From positions 1-64,000 of the forward strand of contig CAVUKA010000006.1 of NCBI GenBank assembly GCA_963741945.1: 64,000 nt of DNA, read 5' to 3'. A program made the position numbers and the translations under genes. The notes under the pieces were generated by a model. It searched no databases and was not told the origin of the DNA. It worked only from the letters and a program-made list of their open reading frames with translations. Shown here piece by piece: positions 8,743-18,778 of the stretch (position 1 is its first letter; the number at the start of each line of letters is the position of its first letter). The stretch is from an uncultured Gemmatimonadales bacterium (GTDB lineage Bacteria > Gemmatimonadota > Gemmatimonadetes > Longimicrobiales > RSA9).

Positions 8743-9303
8743 CTAGAAATAGTCCTCGATCCCGTAGCCGAACTGTCTGCCCGCCGCACACTTGTCGACG
8801 AGGTTGCTCAGCCGCTTTTCGAACTCGTACGGGCGGGCCCGGGCGTGGTCGACGTAGGCCGCCCGGATCCGCTGGTAGGAAGGGGAAGTGCCCTCGAAGA
8901 ACGTCCACGCTCCATGGCGCGCTTCGAGGGCGGCGCGGATGTCGTCCGGGATCTCGAAGTCCTCCGGCCGCGCGTGGTCCAGGTCGCCCTCGACGGACGG
9001 ATGGAGCTTCCCTTCCCTGGCGAGGCGGGCCAGTCGCTCCTTGTTGGTCTGGGAGTAGGCGCTCCCTGCTCTGCGGGGAGTGAAACGCTGGGCATGCCGC
9101 TCGGCATCGAGGCTCTTTCGCGTGCTGTCGATCCACCCGAAACAGAGCGCCTCCTCCACCGCATCGTTGTAGGCGACGCCGGGCCGCCTCGTGTTCTTCC
9201 GCCAGGAGACGAGCCAGATCTCCGTCCTGTCCTCGTGATGGGCCGCCAGCCAGTCGCGCCACTGCTCGCGGGTGGGGACGTAGAGCGTTTCGGTGACATC
9301 CAT
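8743..9303 (-). CDS. YdeI/OmpD-associated family protein (intact paralogue)
   Basis: 'REQWRDWLAAHH','DAVEEALCFGWIDS','QRFTPRR'. Confidence 0.9.
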   Translation of the reverse strand: MDVTETLYVPTREQWRDWLAAHHEDRTEIWLVSWRKNTRRPGVAYNDAVEEALCFGWIDSTRKSLDAERHAQRFTPRRAGSAYSQTNKERLARLAREGKLHPSVEGDLDHARPEDFEIPDDIRAALEARHGAWTFFEGTSPSYQRIRAAYVDHARARPYEFEKRLSNLVDKCAAGRQFGYGIEDYF

Positions 9304-9339
9304 GGTTGGACTCGGCTGGCGGTCGGAGAGGAGCGCTGA

Positions 9340-9580
9340 TGCCACAGCAGGAAGAGGACCATGGGCTGCAGGAGGATGACCACGAACTCCAGAAAGGTCC
9401 AGGCGCGGTGCTGTGTGTAGCCGAACATGGTCCACCAGGTCTGGATGTGGACCAGCAGGAGGAACCCGGCCCGCCAGCGCCGGGCCGAACGCGGGGAACT
9501 CGCTCCGCCCCTCCACCCACCGTCCGAATCCCGTGAGGAGGTGGGTGATCCCCGGCCCCAGCAGGATGGCGGCGCTGGCA
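9340..9580 (-). pseudogene. Frameshifted, truncated membrane-protein fragment
   Basis: 'GITHLLTGFGRWVEGR' and 'GFLLLVHIQTWWTMFGY..WTFLEFVVILLQPMVLFLL' lie in adjacent frames. Confidence 0.5.
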
Positions 9581-9726
9581 AGCGCGTCCTGCAGCCCGAC
9601 CCGTCCGGTCAGGCAGGGGGGGGCGAGCTTCTCCCGGAGGCGCCCCCGCTGGTCGGCGCCCCCGGTGTGGCCGGGCTCCTTCCGAAGGCGGCCCGCTGGT
9701 CGGCGCCCCCGGTGGGGCCGCCCGCT

Positions 9727-11671
9727 TTACCGCGCCTCGATGGCCGCGGCCACCCTGCGCCGGAATTCGAGGATCGCGGCGGGGTCGGTGGCGAACTCCG
9801 AGATGCCGGTGACGGTGGGGACGCGGAGGAGCGGGTGGTCCGGGTGCGTGGCCTCGAGCAGGTAGAGGTACTCGGCATCCTCGACGCCGTCGCGGAAGCT
9901 CTCGTAGCGCAGCGAGCTGTATATGCCGCCACCGGCGCCGGGATAGACGAGGGTGCCATCGAGGGAGTGCCTGTCCACGTTCCAGCGCACGCGGAGCTCG
10001 TCGCTGGCGATCGGGTGGTAGGCGCCGATCACCGCCTTTGTTGAACAGCTGCCAGTACTCGAAGCCCTGCACCCTGAACGCATAGCTCATGGGGCCGATG
10101 ATGCGGGCGTCCACGAGCGGGTACTCGAGGAAGAGGTTGGGGTGCGCGTCCGGCCAGATGTTGACGTTCCACCACAGGTCGTCGAGGGCGCGGGGGTGCT
10201 GCCGCCGGTAGCCGGCCACGCGGGTGGCGTCGAACCAGCCGAGGGTGATGTCGAGGGCATCGAAGGAGCCCAGCAGGTCGGGGATGATGGTGCGGTTGTC
10301 CTGATTCGTGTTCTGGAGGAAGGCGACGTCGGGCACGATCCCGTGCACGAACGCGTAGACTTTCCGGGCCTGGCCCACGGCATCGCCCCACGGCTCGTCC
10401 ACGCCGTAGACGTAGGCCATGTCGGTGAGCCCGCGCGCGCGGAGGTAGGGGGCGTAGTCCTCGAGGTAGGCGCGCAGCCGTCGCTCGCGGGCCTCGGCGC
10501 GGTCGGGGAGCGCGTAGATGTTGGAGGTGAGCGCGATCCAGAAGTTGTTGGCGCCGTGGTCGAGCATGTAGTCGATGAGCCGCCCCGTGCGCTCCGCGTT
10601 GAAGACGTGGCCGTCGTGGGTGGGGAAGCCGTAGTCGGTGTTGCCGTCTCCGCGCCAGTTCCAGCTCCTCAGGCCGTTGGCCAGGTAGGGCGTCGGGGGC
10701 AGCCGGTTGCGGAAGCCGAGATCGGCGAGGGCCAGCATGCGCGCCATGCGCTCGTCGTCGCCGAAGCGGACTCCCCGGCCACATGTCGCGCAGGACGCTC
10801 CACCCCGCGAGCGCCGCCGTCCTGAAGCGGCCGGTCTTCGGGACCTCGAAGTCCCAGACGTGGACCCGCAGCGTCACGCGCCGCTCCAGGCTCGCCCCCG
10901 CGGAGCCCGTGGAGCCCGTGGAACCCGTGGAATACCCGTGGAGCCCGTGGAGCCCGTGGAGCCCGTGGAGCCCGTGGAGCCCGTGGAGCCCGTGGAGCCC
11001 GTGGAGCCCGGGGCGCGGATGAGGAGGCTGCCGACGTAGTCGCCAGGGTGCGTCCCCGGTGGCGCGTACACGGTGACGAGGTAGGGCTGGAGCACGCCCG
11101 CGGTGAGGTCCAGAAGCTGGTTCGGCAGCAGCGGGTCCGGATGCCAGCCGACGCGGTCGCCCTTCACCTTTGGGGCGAGCAGGTTCACGTAGCCGACGAC
11201 GCTGATGGTCACGTCGTCGGCCGGGACGGCGCCGTCGCCCCCCACCCGGCGCAGTTCTGTGACCGAGACCTCGAGCCGCGCGACGTCGGCGCGGGGGAAG
11301 AGCACGAGCTGGGTGGCCTCGTACTCGTTGCGCGCCAGCTCGACGCGCGCTTCGCCGCCCATGACGCCGTGGAAGTCGGTCGGGTCCTCGAAGAACACCT
11401 TGTTCATCGGGCTCGTGATGCCGACATCCACCGGCAGCTCGCCGTCGCCGCGCCCACCCGCGCACGCGTCGAGGGGCCGGCATGGGAGCCCCTCGGCCGG
11501 GGCGCGGTCGCTGTCCGGGGCGCCCGCCGGGTCGCTCGCCGGGTCGCTCGCCGGGGCGCTCCCGGGGGGTCTCCCAGGGGCACTCCGGGTCCAGCCCGCG
11601 ACGAGGCCGACCGCAATGAGGGCGATGGTGACGGGGGCGAAGGCGTGCGACGTGGGCCGGTGCGTGGTCAT
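9727..11671 (-). pseudogene. Secreted DUF4091 / GH123-like protein with about 3 frameshifts (possibly sequencing errors)
   Basis: Signal peptide; 'ARNEYEATQL','VHVWDFEVP','YGVDEP','DGTLVYPG..SSLRYESFRDGVEDAEYL' spread over several frames. Confidence 0.7.
10902..11010. repeat. 9-bp tandem repeat (GGAGCCCGT) of about 12 units encoding a (GST)n linker
   Basis: Directly visible; one unit has a 2-nt insertion (GGAATACCCGT). Confidence 0.9.
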
Positions 11672-11695
11672 GGGCGCAGACTCCCGAGCGGGCTC

Positions 11696-11798
11696 GAACG
11701 ATTCACGGCAGATAGTGCCGGCCATCGTTCACTGGCCGGACCCTCGGCGGTCGATTGAACGCCGGACGGCAGATAGTGCCGGTCATTGTACAGTGGCC
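11696..11798. repeat. Dispersed intergenic repeat, copies B and C in tandem
   Basis: ACGGCAGATAGTGCCGG core occurs twice; related to 8631-8684. Confidence 0.65.
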
Positions 11799-11800
11799 CT

Positions 11801-13513
11801 TCACTGCCAGACGAAGATGGTCGATGGCGCGGCGCCTGCGCGGCCGCGGGCCACGTCGTCCGGCTCCCGCCAGAAGGTGCGTGTCCATACGCCGCTGAGG
11901 CGCACCTCCCAGCGGGCGTGCGGGTCCGGGCTCACGGGGAGTGCGAAGTCCAGGCGCCAGAGCCGCTGGGACCGGGGCGGAACGGCCGCGAGGAGCGAAA
12001 CGCCCAGCCCGATCCGGGTGGGGCTGTCCACGCCGAAGGGCGCGTCGCCGGCCCACACCTGGCCGGCATCGGCGAACGTGGCGAGTCCGAGGGCGGCGCG
12101 GCGCCCGAGGGTGGCGAAGGCCCAGCGTTCCTCGACGCGCACCACGCCGCGCATCGCACCCGCAGCCCGGGAGTCGGCGTAGCCCCGCACGCCGCCCTGC
12201 GCGTCGCCGAGCCTGAGCTGGAAAGGGATCCGCTGCTGCCGGCCGCCGCCGAACTCGAGGCTGCCGATGACCGTGTGCACGTCGGCGGGCTTCACGTACC
12301 AGGCGAGCCGTCCGCTGCCGAGCATGGAGTCCCAGCGGTTCGTGCGCCGATCCTCCCGCGCCTCGCCTTCCACCCGCAGCGCGGCGAACGACGTGGCCGA
12401 CCCGACCCCGGCGTAGAGGTCGATGGAGGCGAAGAGGTTGTCGCCGGTGGATCCGAAACGGGGCATGCCCCACCCCACGAGGGTCCCGATCTGGACGCCG
12501 GTGGCCACGTCCTGCACCGCCGCGAGGGCGTCGAATCCGCGCACCGGCACGAACGACAGCGCGCGCACGCCCACGACGGCGTTCAGCCGCAGGTTGCGGT
12601 AGGCGGCGATGGGGCCGCCCAGCGCCGTGCTCGTGTCCGCCACGAGTCCCGAGTCGGAGATGACCACCGGGCGCGCCGCGGGCGTCACGTCCTCCCCGGT
12701 GAGCAGGGCGCCGAGGAAAGCGCTCCGGCGGCTGGGGCCGACGCGACGCACCGCTCCCACGTCCCACAGCCGGCGGCGGACGGCAAGGGAGAGCGGGTCG
12801 CCCTCCGGCCGATCGAAGGACACGTAGCGGCTGACGGCGCCGTACCCGACGTGCCAGGCGGTGCGCTGCAGGGCTGTGAAGAACGGGTGTCCGAGGGCGA
12901 GGCTGAACGTGCTGCCCAGAGGCGCGCGCTCCACCGTCAGCGCGGCCGTGTAGGGTCGGCCGAGCACCTGGCGTGCGCGGGCGTGCACGCCCGCGCCGGT
13001 GCGGTAGGCGAACCCGCGCTCCACGTTCGCGGCCAGGTACAGGCCCTGCCCGCCGATGTTGCCGTTGCCGAAACGGAACGCCGAGGGGCTCGCGCCGTGG
13101 AGCCGCATGCCGAGCACGGTGGGGATCTCATCGGTGGTCTCGACTTCGATGCGCACCCCTCCCGCGCCGTCCGGGATGGCGCGCACGGTGGCCTCCGCCA
13201 GGAACGGCTGCAGGCGCAGGATACGCTCCGACTCCGCGCGGCGCCGCTCCGTGCACGGCTGGCCTGCCTCCAGGAGCAGGAAGCTGGCGACGGTGTTCGC
13301 CGTCGTGGTGGTGTGCAGCACCCCCACGCTGCGCGCGAGGGCGCGCCCGCCGCGGGGGACGACGAGGAACGACGGATCATGGGGCGTGAACTCGATGGCC
13401 GAGACGATCCTGCCATCACACGATGCCACCGCCCGGGCGGCGACCTGCGCGGACAGAGCTCCGCAGGTGACGGCAAGGGCGAGTGGAGCGAGCAGCCATG
13501 CCCCGCGGGTCAT
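11801..13513 (-). CDS. BamA/TamA-like outer-membrane beta-barrel protein
   Basis: Signal peptide; POTRA-like 'RRAESERILRLQPFL'; 'GVRGY' and 'FADAGQVW' barrel motifs. Confidence 0.7.
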   Translation of the reverse strand: MTRGAWLLAPLALAVTCGALSAQVAARAVASCDGRIVSAIEFTPHDPSFLVVPRGGRALARSVGVLHTTTTANTVASFLLLEAGQPCTERRRAESERILRLQPFLAEATVRAIPDGAGGVRIEVETTDEIPTVLGMRLHGASPSAFRFGNGNIGGQGLYLAANVERGFAYRTGAGVHARARQVLGRPYTAALTVERAPLGSTFSLALGHPFFTALQRTAWHVGYGAVSRYVSFDRPEGDPLSLAVRRRLWDVGAVRRVGPSRRSAFLGALLTGEDVTPAARPVVISDSGLVADTSTALGGPIAAYRNLRLNAVVGVRALSFVPVRGFDALAAVQDVATGVQIGTLVGWGMPRFGSTGDNLFASIDLYAGVGSATSFAALRVEGEAREDRRTNRWDSMLGSGRLAWYVKPADVHTVIGSLEFGGGRQQRIPFQLRLGDAQGGVRGYADSRAAGAMRGVVRVEERWAFATLGRRAALGLATFADAGQVWAGDAPFGVDSPTRIGLGVSLLAAVPPRSQRLWRLDFALPVSPDPHARWEVRLSGVWTRTFWREPDDVARGRAGAAPSTIFVWQ

Positions 13514-13691
13514 CGGGGCCCGTCGCGATATGGCCCGATCAGGTGCTCCTCACGTTGATGACTCTCCGCAGTCGTTCTCCCATACGGTATACACCGCAAC
13601 CAACGGACGGGTCGATTCCACCGCGGTCGTCCGACTGCGCGTGACCGCGCGGGCCGGGCGCGACGTGACGGGCCGTGAGCTTCAGCGGCGG

Positions 13692-13910
13692 TCAGAGCTT
13701 CGCGACCGGCAACGGCTCAAGCCCGTCCCGGTAGGGCGCCGCGGCTTCGTCGTATCGCTGCTGGCGAACGAGTATGGAGGCGACATTCGCCCCGGCCGCG
13801 ACCGTGAAGAGGTGCCCGGTGCCGAGCCGGCTCTGGTAGATCGACCGGGCCTGTCGCGCGAAGCTTTCGGCTTCGTCGAGGCGCCACTGGTCCGCGAGCA
13901 CCACGCTGGC
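13692..13910 (-). pseudogene. Tetratricopeptide-repeat gene fragment
   Basis: 'RLDEAESFARQARSIYQSRLGTGH..VASILVRQQRYDEA' TPR pattern without a proper start. Confidence 0.45.
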
Positions 13911-14029
13911 CGGCCACGCTGTTGGCAAGCGCAAGGAGCGCGTCCGCGATGTCCGTGTACGAATATGCGTGGGAAATTCCCCGCATCCTCGTACGAACCA
14001 ACTGAGGACCCGATGGCACCGGATGTCGG

Positions 14030-14461
14030 GTGGGCGGGCCTGATTGCGCATTCATCGGCCAGGAGACGCTGAGGCTCCGCTCGCTGGCGTATGCGGCCGT
14101 CGCCCGGGTGCTCCGGTCGCGCGACGTGCATCGGCGCTGGTGCCCGGCGTGCGGATGGACGGGGATGGCGCTCGTGTCGCGGCGCTTCACGCGCCCGCTC
14201 CCGCTGCCGCAGGCCGCGTCGGAACCGGCTCCGATCCCCACCTTCGGAGCCGGCGACAGCGTGGGCGTCCGGCAGGTCATGGTTGCGGGCGACGAGTGGC
14301 GGGTGATGGTTCAGTGCTGGCAGCGGGGTAACCGCTGGGTCGGCCGGCTGGTGTTCGTCGGGCCGGGGGGGCAGGCGTGGATGGAGGAGGGCTGGTCCGT
14401 GGCAGGTCGCTCGGCCTGGAGATCGTCTCATGCGCGCGCTCCATCCCGGAAGATTCCCTGA
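14030..14461 (+). CDS. Hypothetical protein (possibly partial; CPAC motif)
   Basis: Plausible codon bias; 'RRWCPACGWTG'. Confidence 0.35.
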   Translation: MGGPDCAFIGQETLRLRSLAYAAVARVLRSRDVHRRWCPACGWTGMALVSRRFTRPLPLPQAASEPAPIPTFGAGDSVGVRQVMVAGDEWRVMVQCWQRGNRWVGRLVFVGPGGQAWMEEGWSVAGRSAWRSSHARAPSRKIP

Positions 14462-14627
14462 CCCGACGGCTGCACCGGGCGCTGCTCTGCTGAAGGTGGC
14501 GTTCGCCGGCGACGAGGGAACGCACCACCGCCCCCTTCGCGGCACCACACGGCCAGTTCGGGGGTATCTCGTGTCGCACTGGCGGCCGGGGATCCGGAGT
14601 CTCCGCCGCCCGGACCGGGCCGGGAGG

Positions 14628-15371
14628 ATGCCCTTGGGTGCTTCGGGTTCCGCGCGGCGAGGCTGGTCGGGAGGGTCGACTGTCGCGCGGGTGGTCCTGC
14701 TCACCGTTCTCGCCGCGACAGCGTGCCGCGCGTCCCCGCCCGGCGCCGGCACGTGTGCGCCTCCCGGCCTCCCGGTCGTGGCGGTCCCCGCCTCGCACCC
14801 CGGCTCCCTGCTCGCGCTCCTCATCACCGCCGACGGCGACTGGGTCCGATTCGACCGGCGCCTGGCGGACACGCTCGCCGCCGCCGGCATTCCCGTGGTG
14901 GCGCTGCGCGCGCGGGCATTCATGGCCCGGCCGCTCACCGCAGACAGCGTGGCGCGGGCCGTGGAGGGGATCCTGCGCGGGTGCCTGGCGGGTTCCGGTG
15001 CCCGGCGGGTGGTCCTGATCGGCTACTCCAGGGGCGCGGACTGGATGCCGCTGGTGGCCGAGCGGCTTCCGCCCGACCTGCGGCAGCGCGTCCAGCTGCT
15101 GGTCCTCGTCGGTCCGGGCCTGGGCGCCGGCTTCTCCTTTCACCTCGCCGACCTGCTGCGCGACACTCCCCGCCCCACGGATCAACCGACGCTCCCCGCG
15201 CTCGAGCGGCTCCGGGGCACCCCCATCCTCTGCATCTACGGCAGGAAGGAGGGGCATTCGCTCTGCCCCGCGGCACCGCCCGGCCTGGTCACCATCGCGC
15301 GCCACCCTGGCGGCCACACCGCCCATGATGGCCGCCGCGTCGGGTCGCTCATTCTCGATGCCCTGCACTGA
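14628..15371 (+). CDS. AcvB/VirJ family alpha/beta hydrolase
   Basis: 'ITADGDW..D', 'GIPVV', 'LIGYSRGAD', 'LCIYG', 'PGGH'. Confidence 0.8.
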   Translation: MPLGASGSARRGWSGGSTVARVVLLTVLAATACRASPPGAGTCAPPGLPVVAVPASHPGSLLALLITADGDWVRFDRRLADTLAAAGIPVVALRARAFMARPLTADSVARAVEGILRGCLAGSGARRVVLIGYSRGADWMPLVAERLPPDLRQRVQLLVLVGPGLGAGFSFHLADLLRDTPRPTDQPTLPALERLRGTPILCIYGRKEGHSLCPAAPPGLVTIARHPGGHTAHDGRRVGSLILDALH

Positions 15372-15563
15372 GCCCGGCGGGCGGCCTGTGGCGGGCGCGG
15401 GAGGAAGAGGCCACACTCCGTGGCACCGGGCACGGCACGATTCCCGCGCGGCGCGCGCGCCGACGCGGGGTTGATGCCCGGACCACGACATGCCCGGACG
15501 ACGACAACGGCAGCGGCCCTCCTGGCCGCCGTACCGGAGCCCTCCATCTTTCTACGAGGCCAC

Positions 15564-16805
15564 ATGCACGACAGCGGAATCGACCGGCGCGGGCGGCGCG
15601 CGAGCCTGCGGAAGGCGGCACTGGCCAGCCTGGCGCTGGCGCTCGCGCTGGCGGCGTGCTCGGACAACGGCACAGGTCCCGAGGCGCCCCGCGAGCGCGG
15701 GGACCTGATCAGCGCCACGATGGGCCCGCGCTGGACGGTGGCCAGCGCGCTGTCGCTGCTCCGGCAGGTGGCCGACACCGCGTTCGGCACGCCGCGCTAC
15801 GCCGTGGACATGTACACCATCACGTACGCGACGGTGGGGCCGGACGGCGCGTCGACCGTGGCGAGCGCCGGCGTCTATCTGCCGGTGTCGCCGGCGGGCC
15901 CGGTGCCGCTCATGTCGTACTCGCACGGTACGGTGCGATCGAAAGGGGACGTCCCATCGAACCCGGGGAGCCTGGAGGGGGAGGCGAACGGCGTGCTTCA
16001 GGCCACGCTGGGCAACGTGATCGTGGAAGCCGACTACCTCGGCCTGGGGCAGGGCGACTTCCCGTACCACCCGTACCTTCACGCGGCGAGCGAAGCGTCG
16101 GCGGCGCTGGACGCGCTGCGGGCGGGGCGGGAGCTGGCCGCCCGGGAGGGCGTCGCGCTCGATGGCCACCTCTTCGTCTACGGCTACTCGCAGGGGGGTC
16201 AGGCGGCGATGGCGCTGGCGCGGGAGCTGGAGCTGAACCACGCGGACGAGTTCACGGTCACGGCAGCGGCGCCCATGTCGGGGCCCTACGACATGTATGG
16301 CTCGACCCGGGCGGCCGTCGCGAGCACCACGGTGAACGCGGCACAGGCGTTCTACACGGTGTACGCCATCGCGGCCTGGAACCGGGTGTACGGGTTCGCG
16401 TCGTCGCTGGACGCGCTGCTGAAGCCGCCCTACGACGCGCTGGCCGGGCAGATCGTGAGCACGGGCAACGCGCCGCCGTCGCTGACATCCCAGCTCGCGC
16501 CGGTGCCGCGCGACAACCTCCAGCCGGCGACGATCGCCGCGGTGCTGGACGAGCCGGACAGCGAGCTTGCCCGGGCGCTCCGCGACAACGACACGTACGA
16601 CTGGCGCCCGACGGCGCCGATGCGGCTCTACTACGCCACCGCGGACACGGACGTCCCGCCGCAGAACGCGCTGACGGCGGCCGCGCGCATGCAGTCGCTC
16701 GGGGCCGACGTGCACGCCGTGAGCCTGGGTCCGCTCGACCACACCGGCGCGGTGGTGCCGGCGATCCTGGCGGCGCGGGCGTGGTTCGATACCTTCCTGA
16801 ACTGA
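15564..16805 (+). CDS. Lipoprotein lipase-family alpha/beta hydrolase
   Basis: Lipobox LAAC; 'YSHGT', 'ADYLGLG', GYSQGG nucleophile motif. Confidence 0.85.
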   Translation: MHDSGIDRRGRRASLRKAALASLALALALAACSDNGTGPEAPRERGDLISATMGPRWTVASALSLLRQVADTAFGTPRYAVDMYTITYATVGPDGASTVASAGVYLPVSPAGPVPLMSYSHGTVRSKGDVPSNPGSLEGEANGVLQATLGNVIVEADYLGLGQGDFPYHPYLHAASEASAALDALRAGRELAAREGVALDGHLFVYGYSQGGQAAMALARELELNHADEFTVTAAAPMSGPYDMYGSTRAAVASTTVNAAQAFYTVYAIAAWNRVYGFASSLDALLKPPYDALAGQIVSTGNAPPSLTSQLAPVPRDNLQPATIAAVLDEPDSELARALRDNDTYDWRPTAPMRLYYATADTDVPPQNALTAAARMQSLGADVHAVSLGPLDHTGAVVPAILAARAWFDTFLN

Positions 16806-16837
16806 CGCGCCGACGCGCGCGCACGCCTGGAGGGAAC

Positions 16838-17965
16838 ATGGTCCCGGATCTCGCAGCCCTGGGATTCGACCCGTTTTTCGAGAAGCAGCTGAAGGACTGG
16901 CCCGTCCCGCCGCTCATCCCGGCCAGGATCGCGGCCGCCCATCGCGACCGCTACGAGATCTGGCTCCCCGGCGGCAGCGGCGCCGGCGGCCGGTCCGACG
17001 GCAGCGGCGCCCCGGGCTGGCCCGATCCCGTCATCGCCCGACTCCCCGGAAGCGCGCTCCGCGACCCGGCTGGCGACGCCCTCCCGGGCGTGGGCGACTG
17101 GGTGGTGGTCGAGCCACCCGCCCGGCCCGATGACGCGGCGCTGATCCGCGGCGTGCTCGAGCGGCGGACCGTCTTCGTTCGTGGCGCGGCCGGGCGCGCC
17201 ACGCGGCCGCAGGTGGTGGCCGCGAACGTCGATCGCGTGTTCATTGTCGCCGGGCTCGATGCCGGCGCGAACCTGCACGCCATCGAACGCTACCTGGCGC
17301 GCATCTGGGCGGGCGGCGCCGAGCCACAGGTGGTCCTGAACAAGGCGGACCTGGCCATCGATGCGGCAGCGGAGGCGGCGGAAGTCGAAGCGCGCTGCCC
17401 CGGCGTCACGGTCCACACCGTGAGCGCCGTCGCCGGCGACGGCCTCGGCGCCATCCGCGCGGCGATCCGGCCCGGACGCACCGTTGCGCTGGTGGGCGCG
17501 TCCGGCGCCGGCAAGTCCACCCTCGCGAACGCGCTCCTCGGCGACGACCGCCTCGCCACTCGCCCCGTCCGGGCCGACGACGCCCGGGGCCGCCACACCA
17601 CCACCCACCGCGAGCTGTTCCTGCTCCCGGACGGCGGGATCCTCCTCGACACGCCGGGCATGCGGGAGCTGGAGCTCGTCGATGATGCGGGGCTGGACGT
17701 GGTCTTCGACGACATTGCCCGGCTGGGCGGGCTCTGCCGCTTCCGCGACTGCCGGCACGGCAGCGAGCCGGGCTGCGCCGTCCGCGACGCCGTCGAAGCC
17801 GGCACGCTGGACCCCGACCGCTTCGAGCACTACCGCAAGCTCGAGCGCGAGGCCTCGGCGTTCGAGCTCCGGACGGACGCCCGCGCCCGCCGTCAGGCGG
17901 GCCGCCTCTGGGGGCAGCTGGAGCGGGAAGCCCGACAGCTCCGGAAATGGAAGGGCGGGAAATAG
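16838..17965 (+). CDS. rsgA: Ribosome small subunit-dependent GTPase A
   Basis: NKAD, GASGAGKS, GRHTTT, DTPG and the zinc motif CRFRDCRHGSEPGC. Confidence 0.93.
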   Translation: MVPDLAALGFDPFFEKQLKDWPVPPLIPARIAAAHRDRYEIWLPGGSGAGGRSDGSGAPGWPDPVIARLPGSALRDPAGDALPGVGDWVVVEPPARPDDAALIRGVLERRTVFVRGAAGRATRPQVVAANVDRVFIVAGLDAGANLHAIERYLARIWAGGAEPQVVLNKADLAIDAAAEAAEVEARCPGVTVHTVSAVAGDGLGAIRAAIRPGRTVALVGASGAGKSTLANALLGDDRLATRPVRADDARGRHTTTHRELFLLPDGGILLDTPGMRELELVDDAGLDVVFDDIARLGGLCRFRDCRHGSEPGCAVRDAVEAGTLDPDRFEHYRKLEREASAFELRTDARARRQAGRLWGQLEREARQLRKWKGGK

Positions 17966-18035
17966 GTCCGGCACGTTCAACCACGGGGCCCGCCTCACCA
18001 GGCGGCAAGAGCCCCACGACACGGAGAGATGAGCC

Positions 18036-18464
18036 GTGAAGATCGGGATCATCATATGCGACCGCTATCGCGACTGCGCGGGCGGAAAGTGCTTCCGGGC
18101 GGTCCGCGAGCGCACCGGCGGGTTCGCCGGGTACTCCCCCGACGAGCCGGTGGAGGTGGTGGGCTACACCAGCTGTGGCGGCTGCCCAGGCGGCAACGTG
18201 GAGTACGCGCCGGAGGAGATGATCGCCAACGGCGCGGAAGCGATCCACCTGGCCACCGGCTTCGTCGTGGGATACCCGCCCTGCCCCTCCCTCGACTACT
18301 TCCGGGAGTTCATCGAGACCCGCTACCACGTGCCGGTGGTCGTGGGCACCCACCCGATCCCGGAGAAGTACCTCGCGGCGCACGGCCCCCTCTCCTCCCT
18401 CCCCGTGCTCCAGGCTCACCCGGCGCTCCTCGCGTCCGAGAGCGTCCGCCGCGCCTACAACTGA
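18036..18464 (+). CDS. CGGC domain protein
   Basis: 'CDRYRDCAGGKCF','SCGGCPG','YPPCP','VGTHPIP'. Confidence 0.88.
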   Translation: MKIGIIICDRYRDCAGGKCFRAVRERTGGFAGYSPDEPVEVVGYTSCGGCPGGNVEYAPEEMIANGAEAIHLATGFVVGYPPCPSLDYFREFIETRYHVPVVVGTHPIPEKYLAAHGPLSSLPVLQAHPALLASESVRRAYN

Positions 18465-18713
18465 CAGCCGCCACCCGGCCCGCGGCCCCCTTTCCGTCGC
18501 GGGCCCGGGCCGCCTCTCCCGCCGACGCGCCCCGCCGACGCCGCCCGGCTTCGTCCCCCCACGCCCGGTCGACCATCCTCCCGCGCCCCCATCTACGTAC
18601 TTCATAGTATGCACGGCCGTGCGGAACCGATGTCCGGCAAGCGGCACCATCCCTGCACAATCCATCCGCTCGGCCCTCCATGAGGGGGCCGCCCGCCCGA
18701 ACGTTGCGTATGC

Positions 18714-18731
18714 ACATACTCATGAGTATGT
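18714..18731. promoter_or_regulatory. Perfect 18-bp palindrome, candidate operator
   Basis: ACATACTCATGAGTATGT, about 50 bp upstream of the NifB/NifX gene; related site near 18596-18613. Confidence 0.55.
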
Positions 18732-18778
18732 TGTGGGGGGACGGAGACCACAGCCAGCGTGAGAGAGGCGGGATCGGT

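Noticed and set aside
15656-17965. 769-aa ORF
   Set aside because: rsgA starts at 16838; the upstream part is an alternative frame of the lipase gene
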